From the NCBI GenBank assembly GCA_029974275.1, contig JARKSN010000322.1:1-30455 (forward strand): DNA of 30,455 bases. The letters are read 5' to 3'. The position numbers and the translations under genes were made by a program. The DNA comes from Candidatus Hydrogenedentota bacterium (lineage in GTDB: Bacteria > Hydrogenedentota > Hydrogenedentia > Hydrogenedentales > SLHB01). Below the pieces are notes generated by a model that had not been told where the DNA came from, searched no databases, and was given only the letters and a program-made list of their open reading frames with translations. This document shows, piece after piece, positions 16,992-25,960 of the stretch (position 1 is its first letter; the number at the start of each line of letters is the position of its first letter).

Positions 16992-18463
16992 ATTCCTCCT
17001 AACGAACGGGCCGCTTCGTGCAATAGCGCGTTCAGGGCCGGCGGCACGTAAAACCCGAGAAGCAGCACGACGATCGCAAGCGCAGCGGGCGGCGCGATGG
17101 CCTGCCAGCTCTCGTGCGCGGAGGCGTTGATCGGCCTGTCGGGCGGCGGGCCCTGCGCCATTGCCAACACGCTACGCGACATGCCAATGAACACGAGCGA
17201 CAAGAAGGCGATATAGGCGATCGCCACGATGTAGCGCCCTTGATTCAACGCGGCGCGCAGGATGGTGAACTCGCTCATGAACGTGCCGAATGGCGGCGAC
17301 CCGGCAATGGCGAAGAAACCCGCCACCCACAAGAACGACGTTGCGGGCAACGTGCGGGCGAGTCCGGTCACGTCGCGCGTCGATTTGCTGCGATACGCCG
17401 CCAAGATATTGCCCGCCGCGAGAAAGAGCAGCGCTTTTGTGAAGGAGTGGTTCACGGTGTGCAACATTGCGCCGAACGCGCCGATGCCGCCGAGTCCGAG
17501 ACCCAGCGCAAGGATTCCCATATGCTCGACGCTCGAATACGCGAGCAAGCGTTTATAGTCGGCCTGTTCGAGAAGGAACACGGCGGCAAGGCCTATCGAG
17601 AACAAGCCGAACGCCACAAGCAACTGTTGCGCGAAAACCTGTTGCCCCGCCCCCACAAACACCTGCATCATGCGCAAAATGCCCAGGAACGCACAGTTCA
17701 GCAGCGCGCCCGAAAGAAGTGCCGATACCATTGAGGGGGCTTCGCTATGCGCGTCAGGCAACCAGGTGTGGAGAGGGGCAAGGCCCATTTTGGCGCCGTA
17801 TCCTACGAGTAGAAAGATGAACGCGGCCTTCATCCAGGCATGTTCGAGTTGCCCTGCCTGCGCGACGAGATCAACGACGCGCATGCTGCCTTCGAGGCCG
17901 CTTCGCTCGGCGCCGAGCGCCAGAAAAAATATGCCCAACAAGGCAAGCGCAACGCCCACCGAGCAAATCATCAAGTACTTCCACGTCGCTTCAAGCGAGC
18001 GATGGTGGCGATGGAAGTAGATCAACGGCGCGCTCGCCAAGGTGCTCGACTCGATAGCGACCCACAGCAAACCGAAATGCTGACTCACGGTCACCAGCGT
18101 CATCGTCGCGAGGAAAAGCAGCAGACACCCCGTAAATACCGCCTCAGGCGCGTTGGCAAATAGGAGGTCCTCTTCAAGATCATGGCGCATGCCATGTTGT
18201 TCGTTGCGCAGAAAATGGATGGCATACACCGAAACGGCAAGGAACAGTGCGCTCGTGATGCTCAAGAAGACAAGGCCCTGCGCGTCCAACGCAATCCACC
18301 CGTTCAACACCGCCTGCGTGGATACGCGCCATAACGCCGCCGTCATGCAGGCGTGCGCGATCGCAACGCACGCCAACATAGCGCGACGCGGCGCATCGGG
18401 CCGGATAAGGAACGCCAGCCCCCCCGCCGTTGCAGGCAGTAATACGAGCGCAAGCAATACCAT
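16988..18463 (-). CDS. hyfF: HyfF-like proton-translocating antiporter-like membrane subunit
   Basis: WVAIESSTL, SLEATWKYLMICSVG, GAKMGLAPLHTWLPDAHSEAPS, KRLLAYSSVEHMG, GSPPFGTFMSE. Confidence 0.88.
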   Translation of the reverse strand: MVLLALVLLPATAGGLAFLIRPDAPRRAMLACVAIAHACMTAALWRVSTQAVLNGWIALDAQGLVFLSITSALFLAVSVYAIHFLRNEQHGMRHDLEEDLLFANAPEAVFTGCLLLFLATMTLVTVSQHFGLLWVAIESSTLASAPLIYFHRHHRSLEATWKYLMICSVGVALALLGIFFLALGAERSGLEGSMRVVDLVAQAGQLEHAWMKAAFIFLLVGYGAKMGLAPLHTWLPDAHSEAPSMVSALLSGALLNCAFLGILRMMQVFVGAGQQVFAQQLLVAFGLFSIGLAAVFLLEQADYKRLLAYSSVEHMGILALGLGLGGIGAFGAMLHTVNHSFTKALLFLAAGNILAAYRSKSTRDVTGLARTLPATSFLWVAGFFAIAGSPPFGTFMSEFTILRAALNQGRYIVAIAYIAFLSLVFIGMSRSVLAMAQGPPPDRPINASAHESWQAIAPPAALAIVVLLLGFYVPPALNALLHEAARSLGGM

Positions 18464-18465
18464 CG

Positions 18466-19110
18466 TCAGTCTTTCAGCGTCGACAACCGGTCGGTGTCGA
18501 TGTGGTCGAATTCGCGGTTGATATGGAACATCGCGACGCCCATCACGAGCACCGCCATGAATACGTCCAACAACACGCCCATCTCGACGAGCAGCGGCGT
18601 CTTTTGCACCAGCGCCACGCCGAAAACGTAGACGCCGTTCTCAAGCACGAGATAGCCGAGCAGTTGACTCAGCGCCTTGCGCCGCGTCACGATAAGAAAT
18701 AGACCGACAAAGATCAGCATCAACGCGACCGGCACGACGAATCGCGGCAATGCGATCGCCGGGGCGGGCAGGCGCACGCTCAACCACATCCCCGCGCCCA
18801 ACATTGCCAGGCCCGACAAGATAGACGGCGTGTATCCGATGTACGGTTCGACTTCGCGGCGCACGCCCGAATCGCGCAAAAGGCGCGACAAAAACGCCGG
18901 AAACACGATGCCGCGCAGCAACGTGCCCACGGACGCCAACAACCATACGTGTACGGTCAGATCGGAAATATGCGCCAACACGGTGAACGCGCCCAACAGG
19001 AAGCCCTGAAATGCGACGCAGCGGATGTACATGCTCAGACGACCTGCGCCGAGCAAAATGAGGTTTGAGAAGACCAGCAATACCATGATGGCATTCAGCC
19101 ACACGTCCAT
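18466..19110 (-). CDS. hyfE: HyfE-like membrane subunit
   Basis: Small hydrophobic protein with QG, RRKALSQLLGYLVLENG and EMGVLLD. SD GGGAGGTG precedes ATG 19110; the ORF-track start at 19335 lies inside the upstream gene. Confidence 0.88.
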   Translation of the reverse strand: MDVWLNAIMVLLVFSNLILLGAGRLSMYIRCVAFQGFLLGAFTVLAHISDLTVHVWLLASVGTLLRGIVFPAFLSRLLRDSGVRREVEPYIGYTPSILSGLAMLGAGMWLSVRLPAPAIALPRFVVPVALMLIFVGLFLIVTRRKALSQLLGYLVLENGVYVFGVALVQKTPLLVEMGVLLDVFMAVLVMGVAMFHINREFDHIDTDRLSTLKD

Positions 19111-19115
19111 CGCAA

Positions 19116-20027
19116 TCACCTCCCCACCACGATGAGCGCCACGACCGCAAGCGCCGCCGCGCCGACAATCAATTGCGGAACCCGGTGCATCCGAAGCCGC
19201 GCCATGATGGACTCGACCGTGCCGACAGCCACGGCCAGCACGCCAATGCCCGCAACCATCGCGAGGGTGTCGATCAGCACGTTGCCCGTGCGGACGGGAA
19301 TCGCGATGCCTGCAATGAGTGCGCCGAAAATCCAATGCTTGAGCGCGGCGGTATATTGCACGAAGGCAAAGTCCGGTCCGCTGTTGTCGAGCACCATCAC
19401 CTCGTGGATCATCGTGAGTTCGAGGTGGGTATTGGGGTCGTCGACAGGAATGCGCGCGTTCTCGACGACGAAAACGCCCAGCAACGTAATCAACGCCAAG
19501 GCGAATCCCGGTCCTGCTTGCGCCCAGGCGGCGACATCGAGCGGAACGTAGAGGCCCGTAAGGGACAGCGCGCCGGCGTACTTCGCCAGCGATGCCAGCG
19601 CGAGAAACAGCGCAGGCTCGACCAACGCCGAGAAGGCCGCTTCACGGCTCGCGCCCATTCCTTCGAACGCGGATCCTGTGTCGAGCGCGGCGACAATCAA
19701 CATGAACCGCACCACGCCCAGCAACAGCGCGAACAGCACGAAGTCGCCGTCGAAATGCAGCACCGACGGCACGCCTCCAAGCGGCGTCAACAGCAGCGCG
19801 CTCAACGTTGCCGCGAGCCCCACGACCGGTCCCGCGCGAAAAACCCAGGTGGTCGTGCGGCTGTAGACGACTCCTTTATGCAGCAGACGCCAGAGGTCGA
19901 AGTACAGTTGAAGCGGCGGCTGGCCGTTGCGCCCGGCAAAGGCCGCCTTCGTGCGGTTGATGACGCCAAGCATCAGCGGCGCAAGCATGAGCCCAAGGAG
20001 AACCGGTATGAGTGAGGCAATGGCCAT
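19116..20027 (-). CDS. hyfC: HyfC/HycD/NuoH-like membrane subunit
   Basis: GRNGQPPLQLYFDL, ALDTGSAFEGMGASRE, ENARIPVDDPNTHLELTMIHE, ESIMARLR. Confidence 0.9.
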   Translation of the reverse strand: MAIASLIPVLLGLMLAPLMLGVINRTKAAFAGRNGQPPLQLYFDLWRLLHKGVVYSRTTTWVFRAGPVVGLAATLSALLLTPLGGVPSVLHFDGDFVLFALLLGVVRFMLIVAALDTGSAFEGMGASREAAFSALVEPALFLALASLAKYAGALSLTGLYVPLDVAAWAQAGPGFALALITLLGVFVVENARIPVDDPNTHLELTMIHEVMVLDNSGPDFAFVQYTAALKHWIFGALIAGIAIPVRTGNVLIDTLAMVAGIGVLAVAVGTVESIMARLRMHRVPQLIVGAAALAVVALIVVGR

Positions 20028-20028
20028 G

Positions 20029-22014
20029 TCAATTCAACTTCCATATCAGCAAAACAAGAAGCGTTACTGCAATGTACAGCACATACAAATGGATGTTGCC
20101 ATGCTGCAACCAGCGCAGCCGCAAAACCACCCATTCAATCCCAGAAAAAAGCGGACGGTACATCTTTTCCGTGCAGACGTCCGGCGTGACCGTATAGATC
20201 GACGCAGACGCGGGGAAAATGCCCACGACGTCGTCGCCGCAACGTTGCGTTCTGAGAACCTTGTGAAACAAGCGCGTCAGGGGTTGCGCAAAGGATGATG
20301 CCGTGTACTGCATGCGCGCTGTTGGCGCGGCATATCCGCAGTCCCATGTGCACGCCTCGCCGATCGTGCGTCCGCGCAGAAGTTGGGATCGCAGGAACGT
20401 TAGCGTGCCTACGAGCGCAAGAAACGCCAGGATCGTCAAGATAAGATAATGCAACGGGAGCGTGCCGGACTGAAGAAGCATCGGGAGCGAACGTGCGAGA
20501 TCGGGCCGCACTACCGTCAGCGTCCCGCTGAGTTGCATCGCCACCCACGGCGCCCCAAGACCTATCACAAGGCATGCTCCTGCAAGCGTCCACATCGGCG
20601 CGCGCATACGCCAACCGGGGTCGTGCGCGTGCTGCGTGTGGCCGCTGCGCGGTTCGCCGAGAAAAACGCCGCCGAAGGCCTTGGTGAAACATGCCGCGGC
20701 GAGACCGCTGATAAGCGCGAGCCCCGCCACTGTCGCGATGGATGGCAGCAACGCCTGCGAGTTGCCCTGCGCGATGGCATGCAACGCGCCGAGGAAAATC
20801 AAGAACTCGCTGACAAAGCCATTGAACGGCGGCAGACCGGAAATGGCCATCGAACCGATCAGGAAAGTCCCGCCGGTATGCGGCATGCGCTTCAAAAGGC
20901 CGCCGAGGTGGTCCATGTCGCGCGTGTGCGTTGCGTGCAAAACCGATCCCGCGCCCAAAAACAGCAGACTCTTGAACAGGCTGTGGTTGAGCACATGCAA
21001 GAGCGCGCCGCCAAAACCAAGCACGCAGACGACGTCGAGTCCAGACGACCACCCCGCGAAACCTAGTCCCAGTCCGATCGCGATGATGCCGATGTTCTCG
21101 ACGCTGTGGTATGCGAGCAAGCGTTTGAGATCGTGTTGCGCCAGGGCGAACAACACGCCGCCGATTCCGCTCAACAACCCAATCGCGAGGAGCGTCCAGC
21201 CCCACCACAAGGGAGGCGGACCGAGGTGCATCACGATGCGCAGGAGTCCGTAAATGCCGGTTTTTATCATCAGCCCTGACATCAGCGCCGACACATGACT
21301 CGGCGCGGCGGGATGCGCTTCGGGCAGCCACACATGAAACGGCGCGAAACCGGCTTTTGCGCCAAAGCCCACAACTGCCAGCAAAAACACCGCCGCCGTT
21401 GCGCCCGGCGCGATCCCATGACCGAAGGCGTCGAAGTCGAAGAAACCGTTCGGCCCGCCCAGAATCGCAAACATCGCCAACAACGCCGCCGTGCCCAAAT
21501 GCGTCGCGATAAGGTAGACCCACGCCGCCGTGCGCACCTCGCCCTTCTCGTCTTCAAACGCGACAAGAAAGAAGGAGGCCAGGGCCATCACTTCCCACGC
21601 GACGAGAAAAAGCACGGCATTGTGCGCAACGACGACCATCATCATGCTGGCGACGAGAACGTTGAAAAAACACCAGGCGGCGGCGACGGATCTGCGAGCG
21701 AGATGCGCGCGCATGTATTCGAGGCCATAGAGCGCGCACAACGACGATATCAACAGCATTGGCAGAATGAAGAATGCGGACAGAGCGTCCAGCCGGAGCG
21801 AAAACGCGCCTCCAGGAACGTCCCACGGGATATGCAGCGTCTCCGGGGCTCCGCCAAGAAACAACACGTCGATGCACGGCGCACTGCCCAATGCCGTCGA
21901 TCCGAGCATGCCCAGAAACGCAATGCGCGCGGGAGCATTGGGACAGCGGCCCGACAGTCCTGCCAGGATCCCCGTGGCCACGAGGAGAATCACCGAAGCA
22001 AGGAAAAGGTCCAT
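20029..22014 (-). CDS. hyfB: HyfB/HycC-like antiporter-like membrane subunit
   Basis: FLVAWEVM, GFGAKAG..PFHVWLPEAHPAAPSHVSALMSG, QHDLKRLLAYHSVENIG, NHSLFKSLLFL, GLPPFNGFVSE, TWDCGY...MQYTASSF. Confidence 0.9.
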   Translation of the reverse strand: MDLFLASVILLVATGILAGLSGRCPNAPARIAFLGMLGSTALGSAPCIDVLFLGGAPETLHIPWDVPGGAFSLRLDALSAFFILPMLLISSLCALYGLEYMRAHLARRSVAAAWCFFNVLVASMMMVVVAHNAVLFLVAWEVMALASFFLVAFEDEKGEVRTAAWVYLIATHLGTAALLAMFAILGGPNGFFDFDAFGHGIAPGATAAVFLLAVVGFGAKAGFAPFHVWLPEAHPAAPSHVSALMSGLMIKTGIYGLLRIVMHLGPPPLWWGWTLLAIGLLSGIGGVLFALAQHDLKRLLAYHSVENIGIIAIGLGLGFAGWSSGLDVVCVLGFGGALLHVLNHSLFKSLLFLGAGSVLHATHTRDMDHLGGLLKRMPHTGGTFLIGSMAISGLPPFNGFVSEFLIFLGALHAIAQGNSQALLPSIATVAGLALISGLAAACFTKAFGGVFLGEPRSGHTQHAHDPGWRMRAPMWTLAGACLVIGLGAPWVAMQLSGTLTVVRPDLARSLPMLLQSGTLPLHYLILTILAFLALVGTLTFLRSQLLRGRTIGEACTWDCGYAAPTARMQYTASSFAQPLTRLFHKVLRTQRCGDDVVGIFPASASIYTVTPDVCTEKMYRPLFSGIEWVVLRLRWLQHGNIHLYVLYIAVTLLVLLIWKLN

Positions 22015-22017
22015 GCG

Positions 22018-22716
22018 TTAATCTTCTTCTCGCTGGTCGCGCAGGGGAGCGAGTGAGGATTCAACCTGGCGCGCGGCGGAGAGAATCTCGTCGCGAGACC
22101 CTTGGCGCAGCACCACGTCCTTAAACGCAGCGTCGTGCAACGCAAACGCCAAACTGGATAAGACGTGCAGGTGCTCGCGGATCGTCGGGCTGATCAAGGT
22201 AAAAAGAATCCCGACGGGTTTGCCATCGATCGCGTGGAAATCTATGGGTTGTTCGAGGAAACAGAGCGTGATTGCCGGACGCGAAACCTTCAACACGATC
22301 GGATTGCGCACGTGCGGAATTGCGATGCCGTCGCCGATCGCCGTCGACCCCATCGCCTCGCGCTCGAGCAAAATGCGCAATAAGAACTCGCGGTCCATCG
22401 AATCCGGCATGCGCAGCAACGACACCACCTCGCGTAACACCGACTCCTTGTCCATCCCCCCGACGCGGTAATGCACCCCGCCCGCCTGAAGCGCCTCCGA
22501 TAACGGCGGCAACGGGCCCGCAGCTCCGGCATAGGCCACGGACGGCGGCGACACGTTCACCTTGTGCGACGTGGCCCACTCGAGCAATTCCACTTTGTTG
22601 AAGCGGTACTGTTTGTTGATTCGTATGGCAGGAAGTCCCGCCTCGGCAATCCAGCGATAAATGGTTTTTTCCGAAACATTGAAGAGCTTGGCAGCGTCTT
22701 TGACCAGAAATTGCAT
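22018..22716 (-). CDS. Excisionase-like HTH (HTH_17) fused to a PTS EIIA type-2 (PtsN/Fru-like) domain; first gene of the Ehr operon
   Basis: N-terminal LVKDAAKLFNVSEKTIYRWI...LPAIRINKQYRF; C-terminal EREAMGSTAIGDGIAIPH (phospho-His), FHAIDGKPV, HLHVLSSLA. 3-nt gap to hyfB. Confidence 0.92.
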   Translation of the reverse strand: MQFLVKDAAKLFNVSEKTIYRWIAEAGLPAIRINKQYRFNKVELLEWATSHKVNVSPPSVAYAGAAGPLPPLSEALQAGGVHYRVGGMDKESVLREVVSLLRMPDSMDREFLLRILLEREAMGSTAIGDGIAIPHVRNPIVLKVSRPAITLCFLEQPIDFHAIDGKPVGILFTLISPTIREHLHVLSSLAFALHDAAFKDVVLRQGSRDEILSAARQVESSLAPLRDQREED

Positions 22717-22752
22717 GATGATTCACCAGAAATGTTTGAAAATACGTGCCCA

Positions 22753-22782
22753 ATTCTAGGCATAAAACCTATGGCTTGTCAA
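22753..22782 (-). promoter_or_regulatory. Putative sigma70 promoter of the HTH-EIIA/Ehr operon
   Basis: Minus strand reads TTGACA (22782-22777), 18 nt, TAGAAT (22758-22753), inside an AT-rich intergenic region. Confidence 0.65.
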
Positions 22783-22810
22783 TATACATCCCGTAATGTC
22801 CTGGTTTGTC
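22771..22810. repeat. Four imperfect 10-bp tandem units ending in YRTC (candidate operator array)
   Basis: atggcttgtc / aatatacatc / ccgtaatgtc / ctggtttgtc. TGTC starts at 22777, 22797 and 22807, CATC at 22787; units 1 and 4 match at 8 of 10 positions. Confidence 0.5.
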
Positions 22811-22902
22811 TTCTTGATCTGTGGTTTCATCCCATTCGGCGTCCAGTCATATTTCCGTTCTTGGCTCTTTTGAGGGGGAAAAGATGACGTGAAGCAAGCC
22901 AT

Positions 22903-22931
22903 TTGCGCATCGAATGAATTTTGGATATACT
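22903..22931 (+). promoter_or_regulatory. Putative sigma70 promoter for the MFS gene
   Basis: TTGCGC-17 nt-TATACT. Confidence 0.5.
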
Positions 22932-23055
22932 GTTTTTCGGGTATAGGTTTCATGGGTATGCGACCCTGAACCCCATTCCCCGTATTCCCGCTATGTCACA
23001 GTAGAAGGGTGCGTTCCGTGCGAGCGGGTTGCCGGAACGACAAAGGCGGCCCTGT

Positions 23056-24438
23056 GTGCAACTACCTATAGTATCGACCCTACGGGAACTCGACGGTCCC
23101 CCCCGCAGGTTTTTGTTGTTCATAGCGTTCAATCTCGTCTCCTGGCAGTGCATTGTCGGCCCGGCCCTCATCCTGTTTGCCCGCAAGATAGATATGCCTG
23201 CCTCATGGGTCGGCTTTCTTATCTCGTTCATGCCCTTATCGACCATTCTTGTGGTAATAACGTCCAAGCTGGTCACCCGATTGGGCCCCAAGCGGGTCAT
23301 GCTCAGCGCCTGGTTTCTACGCAACGTCATCGCATGCACCGTCTTTTTTGTTCCTTTTGCCATGGCGACGCGGGGTGTGCATGCGGGTTGGTACTTATTG
23401 ATGGGATCGACCTTGGCGTTCTGTCTTACGCGGGCTCTGGGCGCGGGAGGGTGGTTTCCGTGGCTGCATGAGGTGGTGCCCGCACGGCAACGCGCCGCCT
23501 ATTTTGGCACGGAAACGTCCGTAGGGCAGTTGCTCAACGTTGCCGTGAGTTTCATGCTGGCTATGGTTCTCAAGGGAGATCCGAGCATCTGGCGTTTCTT
23601 GTCCGTATACGCCACAGGCATTTTCATGGGGTTGGCGAGTTTGGCCTGGATGGCCCGTGTTCCGGGAGGAGGCGTTTCGCGCGGAGAAGCCTCCAAGGAC
23701 GGCGATATTGCATCGTATCGCAGCATCTATCGCGACAAAGGCTTCATGCGGCTGGTCTTGATCTCTTCCCTGTGCGTATCCTGCATTTCCTGGCTTGGCT
23801 CTTCCATCATCATGTACCTGCGCGACATACTGGCGTTCAGCCCTGCTCTCATCATGACCCTGACGGCCATCGGCGGGTGCTCGGTGCTGGCCACGATCCG
23901 TTCTTGGACGCGGTACATCGAACGGTCAGGAAGCGGAAAAACGGTTTTCCTGCTTTTGACAGGCCACTCGATAGCCGCCAATGCGTGTCTGGGGTTATGG
24001 CCCGACTCCGCGATCATCCCGCATGTTCCCATCGTCGTGGCCGACATCGTCGCGACCAGCATTTGCAGCGCGGCCTTTGGCGTGGCCGTGAACCGCGCGA
24101 TGTTGGATCGAATGGATCCTCAGCGGCGCGTAACCTATACGAACGTTTGGACCGTGGGAACGGCTTTGGGCTGGGGACTCACGCCCATTCTCGCCGGCCA
24201 CGTGATAGAGATCTGGGGAATATGGGGATTTCGCGCGTGTTTTCTCGTGTCGGGGTGTGCGGGGATCGTGTGCGCATGGGGCAGCCGCCGGCTCATCGCC
24301 GAAATGCAGGAGGAAGCCTCTGGCGCCGTGCGACACGCAGGGGGCCTGCGCAGACTCGTGGCGGCTCTGGCGGAGGCCGTGACCGTCACCGCGGGTTTGG
24401 AACATTCCGAGAAAACGCGCGAACAGCCTGAGGGTTGA
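23056..24438 (+). CDS. MFS transporter
   Basis: About 12 hydrophobic segments, loop motif LVTRLGPKRV, WLHEVVPARQRAAYFG, and a pseudo-repeat MDPQRR. GTG 23056 has AAAGG upstream; 23029 is an alternative start. Confidence 0.85.
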   Translation: MQLPIVSTLRELDGPPRRFLLFIAFNLVSWQCIVGPALILFARKIDMPASWVGFLISFMPLSTILVVITSKLVTRLGPKRVMLSAWFLRNVIACTVFFVPFAMATRGVHAGWYLLMGSTLAFCLTRALGAGGWFPWLHEVVPARQRAAYFGTETSVGQLLNVAVSFMLAMVLKGDPSIWRFLSVYATGIFMGLASLAWMARVPGGGVSRGEASKDGDIASYRSIYRDKGFMRLVLISSLCVSCISWLGSSIIMYLRDILAFSPALIMTLTAIGGCSVLATIRSWTRYIERSGSGKTVFLLLTGHSIAANACLGLWPDSAIIPHVPIVVADIVATSICSAAFGVAVNRAMLDRMDPQRRVTYTNVWTVGTALGWGLTPILAGHVIEIWGIWGFRACFLVSGCAGIVCAWGSRRLIAEMQEEASGAVRHAGGLRRLVAALAEAVTVTAGLEHSEKTREQPEG

Positions 24439-24492
24439 TCCGACCGAAGCGCCGTTTTGCTTGGCAATCGTTGCGCCACTTCCCGTCCCCCC

Positions 24493-24521
24493 TTGAGGCG
24501 TCGCCATGCGACGGCTATAAT
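24493..24521 (+). promoter_or_regulatory. Putative sigma70 promoter for the Gfo/Idh/MocA gene
   Basis: TTGAGG-17 nt-TATAAT, which also supports the later start at 24576. Confidence 0.6.
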
Positions 24522-24575
24522 CCCGTCCAGTGTTGTGTCAGGAGAGGGGATGGCAACGATTGCGAGGGTATGTGC

Positions 24576-25823
24576 ATGCAGCGGATGAAGTTGGGGTTTA
24601 TTGGGGCAGGGTTCATTGCAAAGTTTCAGGCGTCGGCATTGCGTTTTGTGCGGGGCGCCGATTTGGGGGGCGTATGCGCGTTGAAGGGAGCGGAAGAGCT
24701 TTCCGCCTATGCCAAACAGAATGCGTTGGGCGATTGCGTCGTCTACCCGAGCATCCGAGAACTCTGCCATCACGTTGACGCCGTGGCCGTGTTCGCGCCG
24801 AACTTCGCGCGTTTGGATATCGTGGGCCAGATCGTGGATGCCGTCAAAGCGGGCGCGCCGCTCAAGGGCATCATCTGCGAGAAACCGCTCGGGCGCACCG
24901 TCGCCGAGGCGCGACAACTGGTCCAACTCGGAAAAGAAACCGGACTGCCTACGGCCTATTTCGAAAACCAACTGCACATGAAGGCGGTGCGCGCTCCCTT
25001 GGCGCAGTTGGAGCGCGTCCAGAGGGCCATGGGCCCGCTCACCTTGGCCCGCAGCGGCGAGGAACATTCCGGTCCGCACGAGGGCTGGTTCTGGGACCCG
25101 ACGCGTCAGGGCGGCGGCGTGTTGTCGGACATGGGGTGCCACAGCATCGCGTGCGACTGGTTCGTGCTGACGCCAATCGGCAAGCCCATCGACTTCCTGA
25201 AGCCTGTCGCGGTGAACGCCGAAGTCGCGCTGTTGAAATGGGGCCAGCCGTTGCACCGCAAGGCGTTGCTCGATCGCATGGGCGTCGACTACGCGAAGAC
25301 GCCCGCCGAAGACTTTGCCACGGGCATGGTCACCTTCCAGAACCCCGAGACGGGCCAACTCGTGAAGGGCCAGTTCACGAACTCCTGGATGTACGACAAG
25401 CAGGGCCTGCGCCTCACGATGGACGGACTGGGGCCTGGGTACGCGTTCGAGGTGAACTCCCTCAAGAGCCCGATCGAGATTTTCATCGCCGACCAGGCCG
25501 CCGAGGCGGTCGCGAACGCGGAAGTCGCGCTCGAGAAATCGACCTCTTCGCGCGGGTTGCTGGCTGTCGAGGCAAACGAAGCCGACCTGTATGGGTATGT
25601 CGACGAACTCGAGGATGCGTGCCGTGCATTCGCAGAAGGCCGCGACGGACTCGCCAACTGGGAGTACGGTCTCGAAGTGACCAAGCTCTGCCAAGCCGCC
25701 TACCTCTCCGCCGAACGCAAGAGAACCATCGACCTCACTGACCCGGCGACGCAAAAGGAGCTTGAAACCTATGTGTCGTTCATTGCCCAAGGCAGAGGCC
25801 GCGAGACGCTGCAAGCGCTGTGA
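24576..25823 (+). CDS. Gfo/Idh/MocA-family NAD(P)-dependent oxidoreductase
   Basis: KLGFIGAGFIA (Rossmann), ICEKPL, GGGVLSDMGCHSI. SD GAGGG. Confidence 0.92.
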   Translation: MQRMKLGFIGAGFIAKFQASALRFVRGADLGGVCALKGAEELSAYAKQNALGDCVVYPSIRELCHHVDAVAVFAPNFARLDIVGQIVDAVKAGAPLKGIICEKPLGRTVAEARQLVQLGKETGLPTAYFENQLHMKAVRAPLAQLERVQRAMGPLTLARSGEEHSGPHEGWFWDPTRQGGGVLSDMGCHSIACDWFVLTPIGKPIDFLKPVAVNAEVALLKWGQPLHRKALLDRMGVDYAKTPAEDFATGMVTFQNPETGQLVKGQFTNSWMYDKQGLRLTMDGLGPGYAFEVNSLKSPIEIFIADQAAEAVANAEVALEKSTSSRGLLAVEANEADLYGYVDELEDACRAFAEGRDGLANWEYGLEVTKLCQAAYLSAERKRTIDLTDPATQKELETYVSFIAQGRGRETLQAL

Positions 25824-25960
25824 GAGATGGGTCTCGGAGACGCTTTGGCCGGGGAACGGAACATGGGGCGAAAGGTCGCCGGGGTTGTGTACAATGCCCC
25901 TTATGTTCGGATCAAAAATAGCGGATACACCGTGCAGACGATGCGGAGAAAGTGTGTGGG

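Noticed and set aside
20135..21523. 462-aa alternative-frame ORF inside the hyfB-like gene
   Set aside because: Arg-rich off-frame read-through typical of high-GC DNA; no domain features.
14703..22014. Functional hydrogenase-4 / formate hydrogenlyase or NADH dehydrogenase I
   Set aside because: Both Ni-binding CxxC motifs are missing, and there are no hyp, fdh or nuoEFG genes in the window.
22018..22716. Prophage or integrative element suggested by the excisionase-like HTH
   Set aside because: No integrase, att-like repeats, tRNA or phage genes; the HTH is fused to EIIA within a metabolic operon.
24135..25814. 559-aa minus-strand ORF
   Set aside because: Antisense shadow of the Gfo/Idh/MocA gene with no motifs; expected from GC-rich codon bias.
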